From NCBI GenBank assembly GCA_963805855.1, contig CAWDVW010000002.1, forward strand, positions 32,001 through 96,000: a stretch of 64,000 nucleotides of DNA. Direction: 5' to 3'. The position numbers and the translations under genes were made by a program. The notes below the pieces were generated by a model. That model saw only the letters and a list, made by a program, of their open reading frames with translations. It ran no database searches and was not told where the DNA came from. The stretch comes from Candidatus Dadabacteria bacterium. GTDB lineage: Bacteria > Desulfobacterota_D > UBA1144 > Nemesobacterales > CSP1-2. Positions 40,180 through 49,750 of this stretch are shown here, in pieces (position 1 is the stretch's first letter; each line of letters begins with the position of its first letter).

Positions 40180-41820
40180 TCAGGCAGCAGATGATGGACG
40201 GGGAAAATGACAATGATCCGAATCTAGAATATTGAATTCTTTTCCAACTTTTTCTAAAACCTCTAGAGTCTTATCCAAATCTTGTTTAGTATGGGTCGCC
40301 ATAACGCTTAATCTGAAACGTTCTTCTCCCTTTGGCACAGCAGGATAAGGAACGGCGCTCAGATAAATCCCTTCCTCATATATCCTTTTACTCATTTTTC
40401 TGAGCGTCAAACCATCTCCAATAATGATTGGAATTATAGCCGATTCAGTGTTTCCAACATTAAAGCGCAGGGATAGAAGATTTTCTTTCAAATATTTTAT
40501 ATTTCTCCATAAGTTATCATGAATTTCTGTCTCACTCTCCATAACTTCAATAGCTGCTAGTGCCGCTGCTGCTACAGCGGGTGGCAGGTTTATGGAGAAA
40601 AACCCTGATCTTGCATAGTACCTCAAGTAATTTACAACTTCACTTGAAGAAGCAACAAAGCCACCTACGGCACCTAAAGCCTTACTCAAGGTGCCCATAA
40701 CTATATCTGCTTTACCCTCTATTTTAAAATGACTGGGTGTACCTTTACCCCTTTCTCCTATGACCCCGGTTGCATGAGCCTCGTCGACCATGACTTTTGC
40801 ACCGTAGCGGTGAGCGACTTCAATTATTTGGTCAAGAGGCGCGATATCACCGTCCATGCTATATACACCATCAACTACTACTAATCTACCGTTATATTTC
40901 TTCTCTGTTCTTTCCAACACATGCTTCAGACTATTGATATCGGAATGTTGAAAAGTTCCAAAAAGACCGCCGCTAAGCATACAACCATCTATAATGCTTG
41001 CATGTGCAAGCCTGTCTATAATTACCGCATCTCCTTTCTTTACCAAAGCAGGTATGCACCCTACGTTAGTTGCATATCCTGTGGGGAAGACTGCCGCATC
41101 CTCACAGCCTTTCATCCGGGCTAATTCAATTTCCAGTTCTCTATGCACATCGTATGTCCCTGAAAGAAGTGCTGCACCCTCTGAGCCAGTTCCGTATACC
41201 CTGGTCGATTCTAAAGCAGCTTTTACTACTTTTGGATGCGTTGAAAGACCCAGATAGTTGCAACTCCCCATCATGATCATTTCTCTCACTTCACCAAAGT
41301 TTTTATCAAAAACCTCAACTCTATTTTTACAAGCTGTTATGAGAGGTATTCTGTATTTATTAAAGCCCTTCTGGATAATATCTTCAAGAAATTCGCCGAA
41401 TGGTTTCGTCTTGTAAAATAAGTCTTTGTCTGAATTATCGACAAAATCTGCCAACGAGAAGTTATCAGAATTTATTTTTGTAGAACATTCCACTGTGGAT
41501 TCCTCTAACCTCCTCCTATCTGCTTCGAACATACTCTTAAATTCAACTCCCATCCCGGAATGGTCTCCTAATCTCAATTTCGCGGCATCCTTAATCCATC
41601 TAATCTCGCAATATGCGATTAGGGCTGTAATGTCTTTGGGAAACCTAAATTCAAGGAGTATTTTTGTTCCAGGCTGTAGTAGTTTTTTGGATTCAACAAA
41701 CATTCCATAGGGAGAAATATCCCTTACATGTCCACTTAATTGGCCATCGGCTCTTGACGCAACTTTAATGTCCGAAAAAGTGGTCCTTGTGCACCTTCTG
41801 CGTTCTAAGCTCAATGTCAT
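40180..41820 (-). CDS. PilZ domain fused to PLP-dependent alpha-oxoamine synthase (BioF/Kbl/SPT family)
   Basis: PilZ motifs RRCTR (RxxxR), DISPYG (DxSxxG) and GMGVEF. AOS motifs SCNYLGL, HASIIDG, DGVYSMDGD, DEAHA and GTLSKA (PLP Lys). Confidence 0.88.
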   Translation of the reverse strand: MTLSLERRRCTRTTFSDIKVASRADGQLSGHVRDISPYGMFVESKKLLQPGTKILLEFRFPKDITALIAYCEIRWIKDAAKLRLGDHSGMGVEFKSMFEADRRRLEESTVECSTKINSDNFSLADFVDNSDKDLFYKTKPFGEFLEDIIQKGFNKYRIPLITACKNRVEVFDKNFGEVREMIMMGSCNYLGLSTHPKVVKAALESTRVYGTGSEGAALLSGTYDVHRELEIELARMKGCEDAAVFPTGYATNVGCIPALVKKGDAVIIDRLAHASIIDGCMLSGGLFGTFQHSDINSLKHVLERTEKKYNGRLVVVDGVYSMDGDIAPLDQIIEVAHRYGAKVMVDEAHATGVIGERGKGTPSHFKIEGKADIVMGTLSKALGAVGGFVASSSEVVNYLRYYARSGFFSINLPPAVAAAALAAIEVMESETEIHDNLWRNIKYLKENLLSLRFNVGNTESAIIPIIIGDGLTLRKMSKRIYEEGIYLSAVPYPAVPKGEERFRLSVMATHTKQDLDKTLEVLEKVGKEFNILDSDHCHFPRPSSAA

Positions 41821-42113
41821 TTTAGATATCCCCTCTCACTCTATGTATTCTCAAACATTATAAGAGCGGTTGTTGAAAGCTATTACTCCCCTCTCCGAGA
41901 AGTCCAAATAATTTCGTCCGCTACACCTTCCTGCAACCGTCTATCATAGAAGACAAAGATTCTATATCAAAAATCTTAGAAAATTGCTTCAATTATAACT
42001 TTCTTTTAACTATCAGGAAAGTAATAATTGAAGCTTGTAGGGATATTAAACAAATAATGAAAATCACATTTTCTATAATAACGACAAAAAGTTACATTTT
42101 ACCCAATATCAGA

Positions 42114-43982
42114 CTAAAGTTGCTCTTCGTGGAACCATGCTCTTTGCCTTAGGCTACTGGAGCCGGTCCATGTCTTAATAATTGAATCCAATGTAAACAC
42201 AAATCTACCTTGAATAGCAAATGGAGCTTTTGGAGGATCGGCCGCTCCTATTGATGGAACTACCCCTTCAATAAACGCTCTTTGACTTTGAAGATCATCT
42301 AGACCATCACCCGCTATCACGACGCTACCTATTAGATCAAACCAGAGGTGATCCAATATCTTCCAGGTAAGAGTACCCTCTAACTCGGTGCCCAGAAATC
42401 TATTGACTTTGGGCAAGGGTGTTACAGGATCGAGACTTAAAGCATCTCTTTCATCCACCCATGCGAATAGGGCTTGAGGCGTAAAATAAAGGGGATCAAG
42501 TAATTTCACCGTGGTCCAAGCCCTGACATAGCCCGAGTTTATTACACTGCCCTCGACCGCATATATATTCGGTATCATATGTTTAAATAAGAGGTTATCG
42601 ACTGTATAAGCGTTATTGAAGAAAATTGCACTTCCTTCTAATCTATCAGGGGTTTTTGCATCATCACCACTAGCCCAACCAAATTCAGCAACAACCAGAT
42701 CTATAAAGCTGGGGGCTGGATCATAACCGACCCTGGCGGCAAGAAGAAAATTTTCAGGCGATATATCGATCTCGTTACTGCCTAAGACGAGGGGTAAGGG
42801 TTCTTCCAGGTTATTTACTTTTCCAAAAAGGTCCTGGAATTCGAAAGAAGCAAAAAAGCGATCAAACTTATACTTAGTATATAATGACCAATTTACAGTG
42901 TTATCGAGGTCTCCGGTAAGCCCGCTACTAACATCAAATCCGTTTTGATTTACAAGAAATATGTACCCCCCAAGCTCCAGGCTCTCACCCTGATATAAAG
43001 AAGCGAGCCCGACCTCCCATCCTTTTCCGTCCGCTCCATTAGCTATTGTTTTCCCCTGGCTGAGTCTGTCCAGTACGACGGAAAAAAGTAGATTTTCCCA
43101 GCGCTTATCCAGCAGAGCAAAAGGCGTAGTGTCAAACTCAAATCTATCCACGATACTCCCAAAATCCTGATCAGGCATGCTCCCTGCATTGTTTAAGATT
43201 CCGAGCCCCCAGTCAAAAGGCTGTCTCCCCACCCATAGTTCGCCAATTTTTATCCCCCCGATAGGAATCCCGGCCACCATGTAAAGCGACCTGACATCGA
43301 CCAAATCTATATCTGTATTTACCGGCGAAAGTGTCTCTCCCGTGAACGTATCTGTCACCTCCCTAAGAATTGAACCGCGAAACGAATCTCCCGGGCTCGG
43401 GGCTTCAAAAAATTTTCCTGACACGCTATCATCGCCCAAACCACCCCAAATTATATTTTTTGCAATATCGAACTGACTACGAAGCGACAGATTATCGGTT
43501 ATTTCGATCATGGGAGAAAGAAGCAATCTTGAATCGACAAAAAAAATGTCATCGTCTTGACCGGGAACTGCGCCCGCAAATGTAGCATCTTTAAACACAA
43601 ACCCTCTCGTTCGATAATAGCTCGGAAAATCGGTGTTAAATTTTATTCTTCTCAACAATGGACTCAGGTAATCTAACTTTCTTTTCACAATATCTTCGAC
43701 TTTTTTCTCATCAACTCCCTTTTCGGTTTCCAGATCTTTAATCTTTTCTTTGTCGGCTTCTCTACTGGCTTCGAGTTCCTCAATCTTTCTACGAAGCTCT
43801 TCGATCTGCGCCTGACTCCGTTTCTGTATTTCTTCGATCATCTTCTGATTCTGCTTCTGAATTTCTTCCACCTGCTCTCTAAGAGCATCGATTTCCTCTT
43901 TCGGAGTTTGTGCCTCTGAGCTTCGGTCACATATCGTGATTATTAACAATAAACTGACGGCTAATATTAAAATTACCTTCAT
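42114..43982 (-). CDS. Outer-membrane beta-barrel/porin-like protein with N-terminal coiled coil
   Basis: Signal peptide MKVILILAV at 43982, E/Q/K-rich coiled coil and amphipathic strands. GRQPFDWGLGILNNAG resembles TIGR04551-like barrels. Confidence 0.7.
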   Translation of the reverse strand: MKVILILAVSLLLIITICDRSSEAQTPKEEIDALREQVEEIQKQNQKMIEEIQKRSQAQIEELRRKIEELEASREADKEKIKDLETEKGVDEKKVEDIVKRKLDYLSPLLRRIKFNTDFPSYYRTRGFVFKDATFAGAVPGQDDDIFFVDSRLLLSPMIEITDNLSLRSQFDIAKNIIWGGLGDDSVSGKFFEAPSPGDSFRGSILREVTDTFTGETLSPVNTDIDLVDVRSLYMVAGIPIGGIKIGELWVGRQPFDWGLGILNNAGSMPDQDFGSIVDRFEFDTTPFALLDKRWENLLFSVVLDRLSQGKTIANGADGKGWEVGLASLYQGESLELGGYIFLVNQNGFDVSSGLTGDLDNTVNWSLYTKYKFDRFFASFEFQDLFGKVNNLEEPLPLVLGSNEIDISPENFLLAARVGYDPAPSFIDLVVAEFGWASGDDAKTPDRLEGSAIFFNNAYTVDNLLFKHMIPNIYAVEGSVINSGYVRAWTTVKLLDPLYFTPQALFAWVDERDALSLDPVTPLPKVNRFLGTELEGTLTWKILDHLWFDLIGSVVIAGDGLDDLQSQRAFIEGVVPSIGAADPPKAPFAIQGRFVFTLDSIIKTWTGSSSLRQRAWFHEEQL

Positions 43983-44371
43983 GTCTAAATGTTCTAATCT
44001 CTTAAAAATATAAGCCACTATAATATATTTATTGTATGATTTCAAGCAATACTTTGGTTTCAGTTTTGAATCAATATAGATGCACAACAAATTTTTGTTT
44101 AAGTGCAAAGAGCATGATGCTTTGAGAAACCTCCAGGGTTTTGGCCTTGTGTTAATCATATTTGTGTTGATAAATTATATAATTCATGGAAGCACAGGTT
44201 AGAAACGCGCTAGATTACAAAATCGATAATGATTTTAACATTGATTCCTGCGCTCCCATTGTTACAGCAACCCTATAGTCTTAAATGCCGGCAAAGCGAG
44301 TTTTTATAAATCGGGTTTCTTTCCCGTCAGAATCTTAGTTGATCCTTAATGCCCAGGGAAAAGAGTTTAAT

Positions 44372-45484
44372 TTATGAATTGGTAAGGTTGAATAAAAGAT
44401 TTTTCAGATAATTCGAGCCAGCTCGTTCAATATTAGTTCGAGCCTTTGTCCATACCTCATTGGGGATACTAATAAAAATTTCGATTATCTCTGGATCAAA
44501 CTGCCTACCGGAAGATTGCTTTATCAAATCTATCGCCTCTTCGTAAGAAATTGCTTGGCGATAAGAACGGCTGGTAGTCATAGCATCAAATGTATCAACA
44601 ACTGAAAATATCCTAGCACCTAATGGAATTTCCTTCCCGGATATTTTGTGGGGATAACCGGTTCCATCAAAATTTTCGTGATGACTCAATACTATTTCAG
44701 CCGCTTGCTCCAAGAACTTGAACTTTTTCAAAAGATTATACCCGTCAATAGGGTGTTTCCTCATTATTTCAATTTCCTCGTCCGTAAGCTTTTCGGGCTT
44801 CAATAGAACATGGTCTGGAACTCCTATTTTCCCAATATCATGGAGAAGAGCCCCCTTCGCTATACTCCCCAAATCCGAATTCGGTACGCCAAAATTCTCA
44901 GCAAGGATTATCGTATATTCAGTCACTCGATATGAATGGCGACCCGTTTCACATTCCCTCATATCGAGAGCCGAGATCATTGCTTCAAGTGTGTCTGCAT
45001 AAAGACTGATCAATTGATTTGCCTGTGTTGTCACCCTTCTCTCAAGATTTTCCTGATAATCCTTGATATCACTAATCAATCTCGATCTCTCAACCGCACG
45101 ATTTATTACCGACTTTACACTACTATTATTAAAAGGCTTGACAATATAATCATATGCCCCTTCCTTAAGTGCCAACCTTGCGTATTCGAATTCTTTCGAT
45201 GCAGTTACAATTATTATCGAGATATCGGGATAGAGTTTTTTAAGACTCCTCAGTGTCTCAATTCCACTCAGTTTTGGCATATGGATGTCCAAAAGAACTA
45301 CCTCGTAAAAGTGTCCATCTCTGAACTTTTCTAGACACTCGATTCCATCCGAGACACTTTCACTTGCAAAACCCTCCTCGGCTGCAATTTCCTTCAGCAA
45401 ATCTGCCAGGACCTTTTCATCATCAACGATAAGTATTTTCTCTCTATTCTTATGTCTTTCGTTTGTATGATTTATTTGATACAT
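44372..45484 (-). CDS. REC + HD-GYP c-di-GMP phosphodiesterase (RpfG-like)
   Basis: IVDDE, LLDIHMP, HSYRV, LLHDIGK and HHENFDGTGYP motifs. Confidence 0.92.
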   Translation of the reverse strand: MYQINHTNERHKNREKILIVDDEKVLADLLKEIAAEEGFASESVSDGIECLEKFRDGHFYEVVLLDIHMPKLSGIETLRSLKKLYPDISIIIVTASKEFEYARLALKEGAYDYIVKPFNNSSVKSVINRAVERSRLISDIKDYQENLERRVTTQANQLISLYADTLEAMISALDMRECETGRHSYRVTEYTIILAENFGVPNSDLGSIAKGALLHDIGKIGVPDHVLLKPEKLTDEEIEIMRKHPIDGYNLLKKFKFLEQAAEIVLSHHENFDGTGYPHKISGKEIPLGARIFSVVDTFDAMTTSRSYRQAISYEEAIDLIKQSSGRQFDPEIIEIFISIPNEVWTKARTNIERAGSNYLKNLLFNLTNS

Positions 45485-45688
45485 TGCCGAACATTCTATT
45501 TCATATTATCAATATAAAAATTTAGACGCCCCGTGCCGTGTATTTATAATCTGTTACTCGGGAATTTAAACGTTACCCGCTATCATAAAATGTGAAACGT
45601 CAAGCTCCGTCCCGTCACAAATATAATAAGTTTAATGTAAGATGGACCTGATTGCTAAGAGACCATCAAGAATATAAGCACCCATACC

Positions 45689-46597
45689 TCAACTCTTCTT
45701 TTCGAAAAAACTAATTTGATTTTTCCCCTTTCTTTTTGCATTGTATAGAGCCTCATCAGCCCGAGCTATGATTTCATCCATGGACTGTTCAGTTGCCATT
45801 AATGTGGCTCCAGCAGAAGCTGTAATGTTCACGACAACTTCTTCATCTAGTGTGATAGGCAAGGAAGACAATCCCATCTGTAACCGGGTGATAATTTCTT
45901 GAGCGGTATCCGCGGTTGTTTGCGGTATGCAGATAAGAAATTCATCGCCCCCATATCGACAAATAGAATCATATTTTCTGAGGTTGCGGGTAAGGTACTT
46001 CGCCGCCTCTTTCAATACTTTATCACCCGACAAATGACCGTATGTATCATTAACATCCTTCAGATTATCCAGGTCAATTAACGCAACTACGCACGGCTCT
46101 CCTTTTCTTAATGCTCTCGCATGTTCCCTTGAAAGGGTTTGGAAAAACGGTTGACGAGTAGGAACGCCAGTCAGAAAATCAATCTTAGACATATTTTCAT
46201 GGAGCTTATCTTTTAACTTGAGGAGTAACGTAGTCAATTCTTGTTCCTTTTCACTTAAGACATCGTAATCTTCTTTTGTGATAGTATCATCGAGTTTTGA
46301 TTTTAACGCCAGGACTCTGGCAATATCATGCATTTCTTGATGGGCCTTATTCACCAAGAGAAAATCTTCATCGTTTCCAAAGTATGTAGAAGTTTCGTCA
46401 CGATGCCATATGCCAAAACCGCACTTGAGATAGCCATCTTTCAATAGATACAAATCGCTTATCGGTAATCCGCATAAAAGACTACGGTGCCAATCCTTAA
46501 GGCATTTGCTGTGTTCCGCAAGCCCGTGCTCGATTGATCGAATATGAGATCGCGCTGCATCTTCATTCAACTGATTATCAGAGAGTTGCGGGATCAT
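45689..46597 (-). CDS. CZB-GGDEF diguanylate cyclase (DgcZ-like, zinc-binding)
   Basis: CZB ligand pattern EH..., KCGFGIW and HQEMH; RKYD I-site; RYGGDEF. Confidence 0.85.
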   Translation of the reverse strand: MIPQLSDNQLNEDAARSHIRSIEHGLAEHSKCLKDWHRSLLCGLPISDLYLLKDGYLKCGFGIWHRDETSTYFGNDEDFLLVNKAHQEMHDIARVLALKSKLDDTITKEDYDVLSEKEQELTTLLLKLKDKLHENMSKIDFLTGVPTRQPFFQTLSREHARALRKGEPCVVALIDLDNLKDVNDTYGHLSGDKVLKEAAKYLTRNLRKYDSICRYGGDEFLICIPQTTADTAQEIITRLQMGLSSLPITLDEEVVVNITASAGATLMATEQSMDEIIARADEALYNAKRKGKNQISFFEKKS

Positions 46598-46971
46598 TGC
46601 TGATGATACCTAATTGACAATAAGAACTAAGACCATTTTTGTTTGACACCCATACTATATTATAAGACCTATATCCTCCTCCGATCAACTAATTTGATAA
46701 ATCTGTTATTACGGTTTCAAAAAATGAGTACATAATATAGTTTCCCTGAGATGGCTCGTATTCTGGAGGAGGCGAAACCGCGTGAAATAGCATACCCAAT
46801 AAGAGAAAAATTAGAAGAATAGAAACAGACAGTCAGCTCTGTCGGCCGCACCTACATTATTCGGGACGACACCAACCATGTTGTCATTACAGATAATTCG
46901 ATTCAACTGGTCCTGAGCTCAGCGACGGATCGAAGGGCTCATACTTTCACATCGCCTTTAATTCGCGAGGA

Positions 46972-47628
46972 TTATATATATTTATTGATGGGTACTTTCC
47001 GCAAGTCTGTTACAATCAAATCTGCCGGATAGTTTTGTTCATTTTGATCTCTGACTAAACCGATGCACTGCATTTTTGCCCGTTTTGCGGCTATCATACC
47101 GCTGACAGCGTCTTCAATAACAACGCAATTCTCAGGCTCAACAGATAATCTATTCGCGACTAACAGAAAGAGATCCGGTTCTGGCTTACCCTTGTCAACT
47201 TCTTCCGCACTCGCGATTGCATGGAATCTATGCCTAAGGCCCAATTCTGCCAACACCATCTCTATAAATGCAAGACGAGAGGCTGACCCTACGGCTAAAG
47301 GCAACCCAAAGTTTTCTAGTCGTTCAATGAATTCTCGGGTGCCTGGAATTTCTTTTACATTTCCTCTTACCAACTCGTCCATTATTCTCCATTTCTTTTC
47401 TACCAACTGCTCAATTTCGGGAATTTCTTTTTGCGCCTTGCTAAAAATTTCTCTGAACATTTCCTCATCTCCTACCCCTGCGTATCTCCTTGTTATTTCA
47501 TCTGGGTGCATCGCTATTCCATAACTCCTCAGCAATTCCGATTCTGTCTTTGCATGAATACCTTGCGTGTCGGAAATAACACCATCCATATCAAATATTA
47601 TTGCTTTTATTATTGGCTTCAAGCTCAT
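46972..47628 (-). CDS. HAD phosphatase (beta-PGM-like)
   Basis: IFDMDGV, GKPEPDLF and VIEDA motifs. Likely start MSLKPI at 47628. Confidence 0.85.
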   Translation of the reverse strand: MSLKPIIKAIIFDMDGVISDTQGIHAKTESELLRSYGIAMHPDEITRRYAGVGDEEMFREIFSKAQKEIPEIEQLVEKKWRIMDELVRGNVKEIPGTREFIERLENFGLPLAVGSASRLAFIEMVLAELGLRHRFHAIASAEEVDKGKPEPDLFLLVANRLSVEPENCVVIEDAVSGMIAAKRAKMQCIGLVRDQNEQNYPADLIVTDLRKVPINKYI

Positions 47629-47941
47629 ATTTTTATCCCGGGCCCGTGATCGCATAAAATTGCCTTCGGCAATCACGAAGCATAACACTTTTTGAGATGG
47701 ATCCCGGTGCCTGCTCCACATAAAAGCCTGACGGGTCAAATATTGATATTACATGAAAAATTTAACGTTGCTCATTTCAACATTATAAATTTGAACACAC
47801 TCGGGTAAGTGAATCAATCGATGAATCGATGTGAAAAACAAAACAAAGGGGACGTGATAGTATGAGAGGTGACTCCTCGTAATCTGTTAGACTTGGATTA
47901 ATGGCAAAAGGAGTTAATCCAAAACAGAAGGAGGAATCACC

Positions 47942-49000
47942 ATGAACTATGTCGGAGTAGATCTGCACAAAAAAACATCGTTATTCTACGTAGTAGATTC
48001 CAGGTGCAGGAAACTTGATAGTAGAAATGTAACAAATACTGAAGAGGAATTAAAGGGTTACTTTGAACAGATACCTAAACCGTATATACTCGCAGTAGAA
48101 TCCACCTACAATTGGTATTTCTTCGTAGATTTAGCCGAGCGATACGCCGAGCAGGTATATTTGGCCGACACATACGAGCTTAAGGCATTTGCTAAGAGAC
48201 ATAAGAAGACAGATAAGATAGATGCCAGGCTTATAGCTACAGTATTACAAAAAGGGTTTTCACCAGCTGTAACTATCCCAGATAAACAAACTCGAGAGAT
48301 TAGGGAATTACTCCGTTACAGGATAAAACTTGTACGGGATCGTACCCGCAATATCTCTCGACTCAAATCTTTATTGGACAGGTTAGGGTATCAAAGCACA
48401 GGAGACTTTACTACATATAAACATCTAAAGGCGATTGATACAAAAGACTTACCTGCCATCTACGCCTATATTATAAGAAGGCAATGTGAGCAAATTATTG
48501 AGTTAAACAAAAGGGTAGCAGAGATAGAAGAGCACTTTAATGCTATAGCCGAGGGGGATGAAGACATGCGGAATTTACTCACGATTAAAGGGATCGGGGC
48601 TTTTTCAGCTGCGTTAATAAAGACAGAAATAATAGACATATCCCGTTTCAGGACATTTAATCGACTGTGTGCATATGCGGGGTTGGCGCCGAGAGTGAGT
48701 GCAAGTGGAGGAAGGGTTTATCATGGGCCTTTAAACAAAAATCGTAGAAAGAATCTGCAGTGGATATTATTGGAAAATGTTCTTCATTTTATTAGAGCAT
48801 TACCTAAGTCTAAAGAGAAGTTTGATAGGATAGAAAGGCGCAAGGGATACAATACAGCCAGGGTAGCATTGGCAAGAGATATGTTGAAGATCATTTATCA
48901 TGTTTTGAAAGAAAGGAGGGCGTTTTATCACAGACCAGCAATAGATAAGAGTAAAAGTGGTAGAATTAGAATCCAGTCGGTGGCGGCTACTGCACTCTAA
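47942..49000 (+). CDS. IS110-family DEDD transposase/recombinase
   Basis: YVGVDLHKK, AVEST, KKTDKIDA, TIKGIG and YAGLAPRVSASGG motifs. Confidence 0.95.
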   Translation: MNYVGVDLHKKTSLFYVVDSRCRKLDSRNVTNTEEELKGYFEQIPKPYILAVESTYNWYFFVDLAERYAEQVYLADTYELKAFAKRHKKTDKIDARLIATVLQKGFSPAVTIPDKQTREIRELLRYRIKLVRDRTRNISRLKSLLDRLGYQSTGDFTTYKHLKAIDTKDLPAIYAYIIRRQCEQIIELNKRVAEIEEHFNAIAEGDEDMRNLLTIKGIGAFSAALIKTEIIDISRFRTFNRLCAYAGLAPRVSASGGRVYHGPLNKNRRKNLQWILLENVLHFIRALPKSKEKFDRIERRKGYNTARVALARDMLKIIYHVLKERRAFYHRPAIDKSKSGRIRIQSVAATAL

Positions 49001-49208
49001 AGGGTTTGAAGGGTTCAAGAAAACTATTGAATCGCTTCGCTGGACGCGATTAGTGAGTAGCCGCTTCCGAGATTATCATGCAGGTCCTAGAGAGTGGGAT
49101 GCTGCCGATAGGTGACTGAAGACTGGTAAAAGAAAATCCGGTGCTTCTTAAGATAGAGAAACCGACTGTGCTTAAACAATGTTTGAAAGTAGTTTAATAA
49201 AAAAACTA
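49001..49208 (+). ncRNA. Putative bridge/seek RNA of the IS1111-type element
   Basis: Non-coding 3' end containing GGACGCGAT and GCTGCCGAT, which match the two strands of the reconstructed target site. Confidence 0.6.
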
Positions 49209-49269
49209 GAGGAGTCACCTTATCTTCTATTGACTTTCACCTCTATAGGCAACCCTTTGATTCTTTAAA

Positions 49270-49346
49270 TGGCGCGCCCGGAGGGAGTCGAACCCCCGAC
49301 CTTCGGATTCGTAGTCCGGCGCTCTATCCATCTGAGCTACGGGCGC
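49270..49346 (-). tRNA. tRNA-Arg(ACG)
   Basis: GCGCCCGTAGCTCAG...CT-ACG-AA...GTTCGACTCC...GCGCCA. Confidence 0.95.
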
Positions 49347-49364
49347 ACAGGGTTATTAGAATAT

Positions 49365-49456
49365 TGGCGGAGAGGGTGGGATTCGAACCCACGAGGGAGT
49401 TTTACCCCCCTACTCGCTTAGCAGGCGAGTGCCTTCGGCCACTCGGCCACCTCTCC
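49365..49456 (-). tRNA. tRNA-Ser(GCT)
   Basis: GGAGAGGTGGCCGAG...CT-GCT-AA, long variable arm, CCA end. Confidence 0.95.
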
Positions 49457-49534
49457 CAATTATAACTTCTCGGAGAAAAAACTACTTAAACTATCAGTGG
49501 GTGTCAATGAGGCTTCTTGTAAAAGATTATCAGT

Positions 49535-49599
49535 AGTAGTGGCGACCTTTAGGTCGCCAATAACAAATAAATATGTGGAGGTCTAAAGACCTCCGCTAC
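49535..49599. repeat. GTAG-type REP doublet
   Basis: gtagtggcgacctttaggtcgcc and ggaggtctaaagacctccgctac. Related copy gtagcggaggacttcagtcctccac at 54348-54372. Confidence 0.7.
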
Positions 49600-49750
49600 C
49601 TTTAATGAAGCAGGCCCCTGAAAGTCGCGGAGGAGTATCGTATTAAATCAACGCCCAGAAAGTAGCAGGAGATTGCTTCGGGACTTTTTCAGTCCCTCGC
49701 AATGACGGTAGAAACTTCTAGCAAGCCAGCGGGAAGTCGATTGTTCAAAT

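Larger units (their letters stand above)
47861..49248 (+). mobile_element. IS110-family (IS1111-type) insertion sequence, apparently complete
   Basis: Subterminal IRs agaggtga (47865-72) and tcacctct (49237-44), an extra internal copy gaggagtcacct (49209-20), ATAG core at both ends and a long 3' non-coding end. Confidence 0.85.

Noticed and set aside
40180-41400. Naming the AOS domain cqsA/lqsA, bioF or spt
   Set aside because: The GTLSKALG loop is BioF/Kbl/SPT-like rather than CqsA-like, there is no bio operon context, and the substrate cannot be read from sequence.
49230-49248. Canonical circle-junction sigma70 promoter of the IS
   Set aside because: TTGACT is present, but the best -10 (TATGAG) would be only 13 bp away, so it was not called as a feature.
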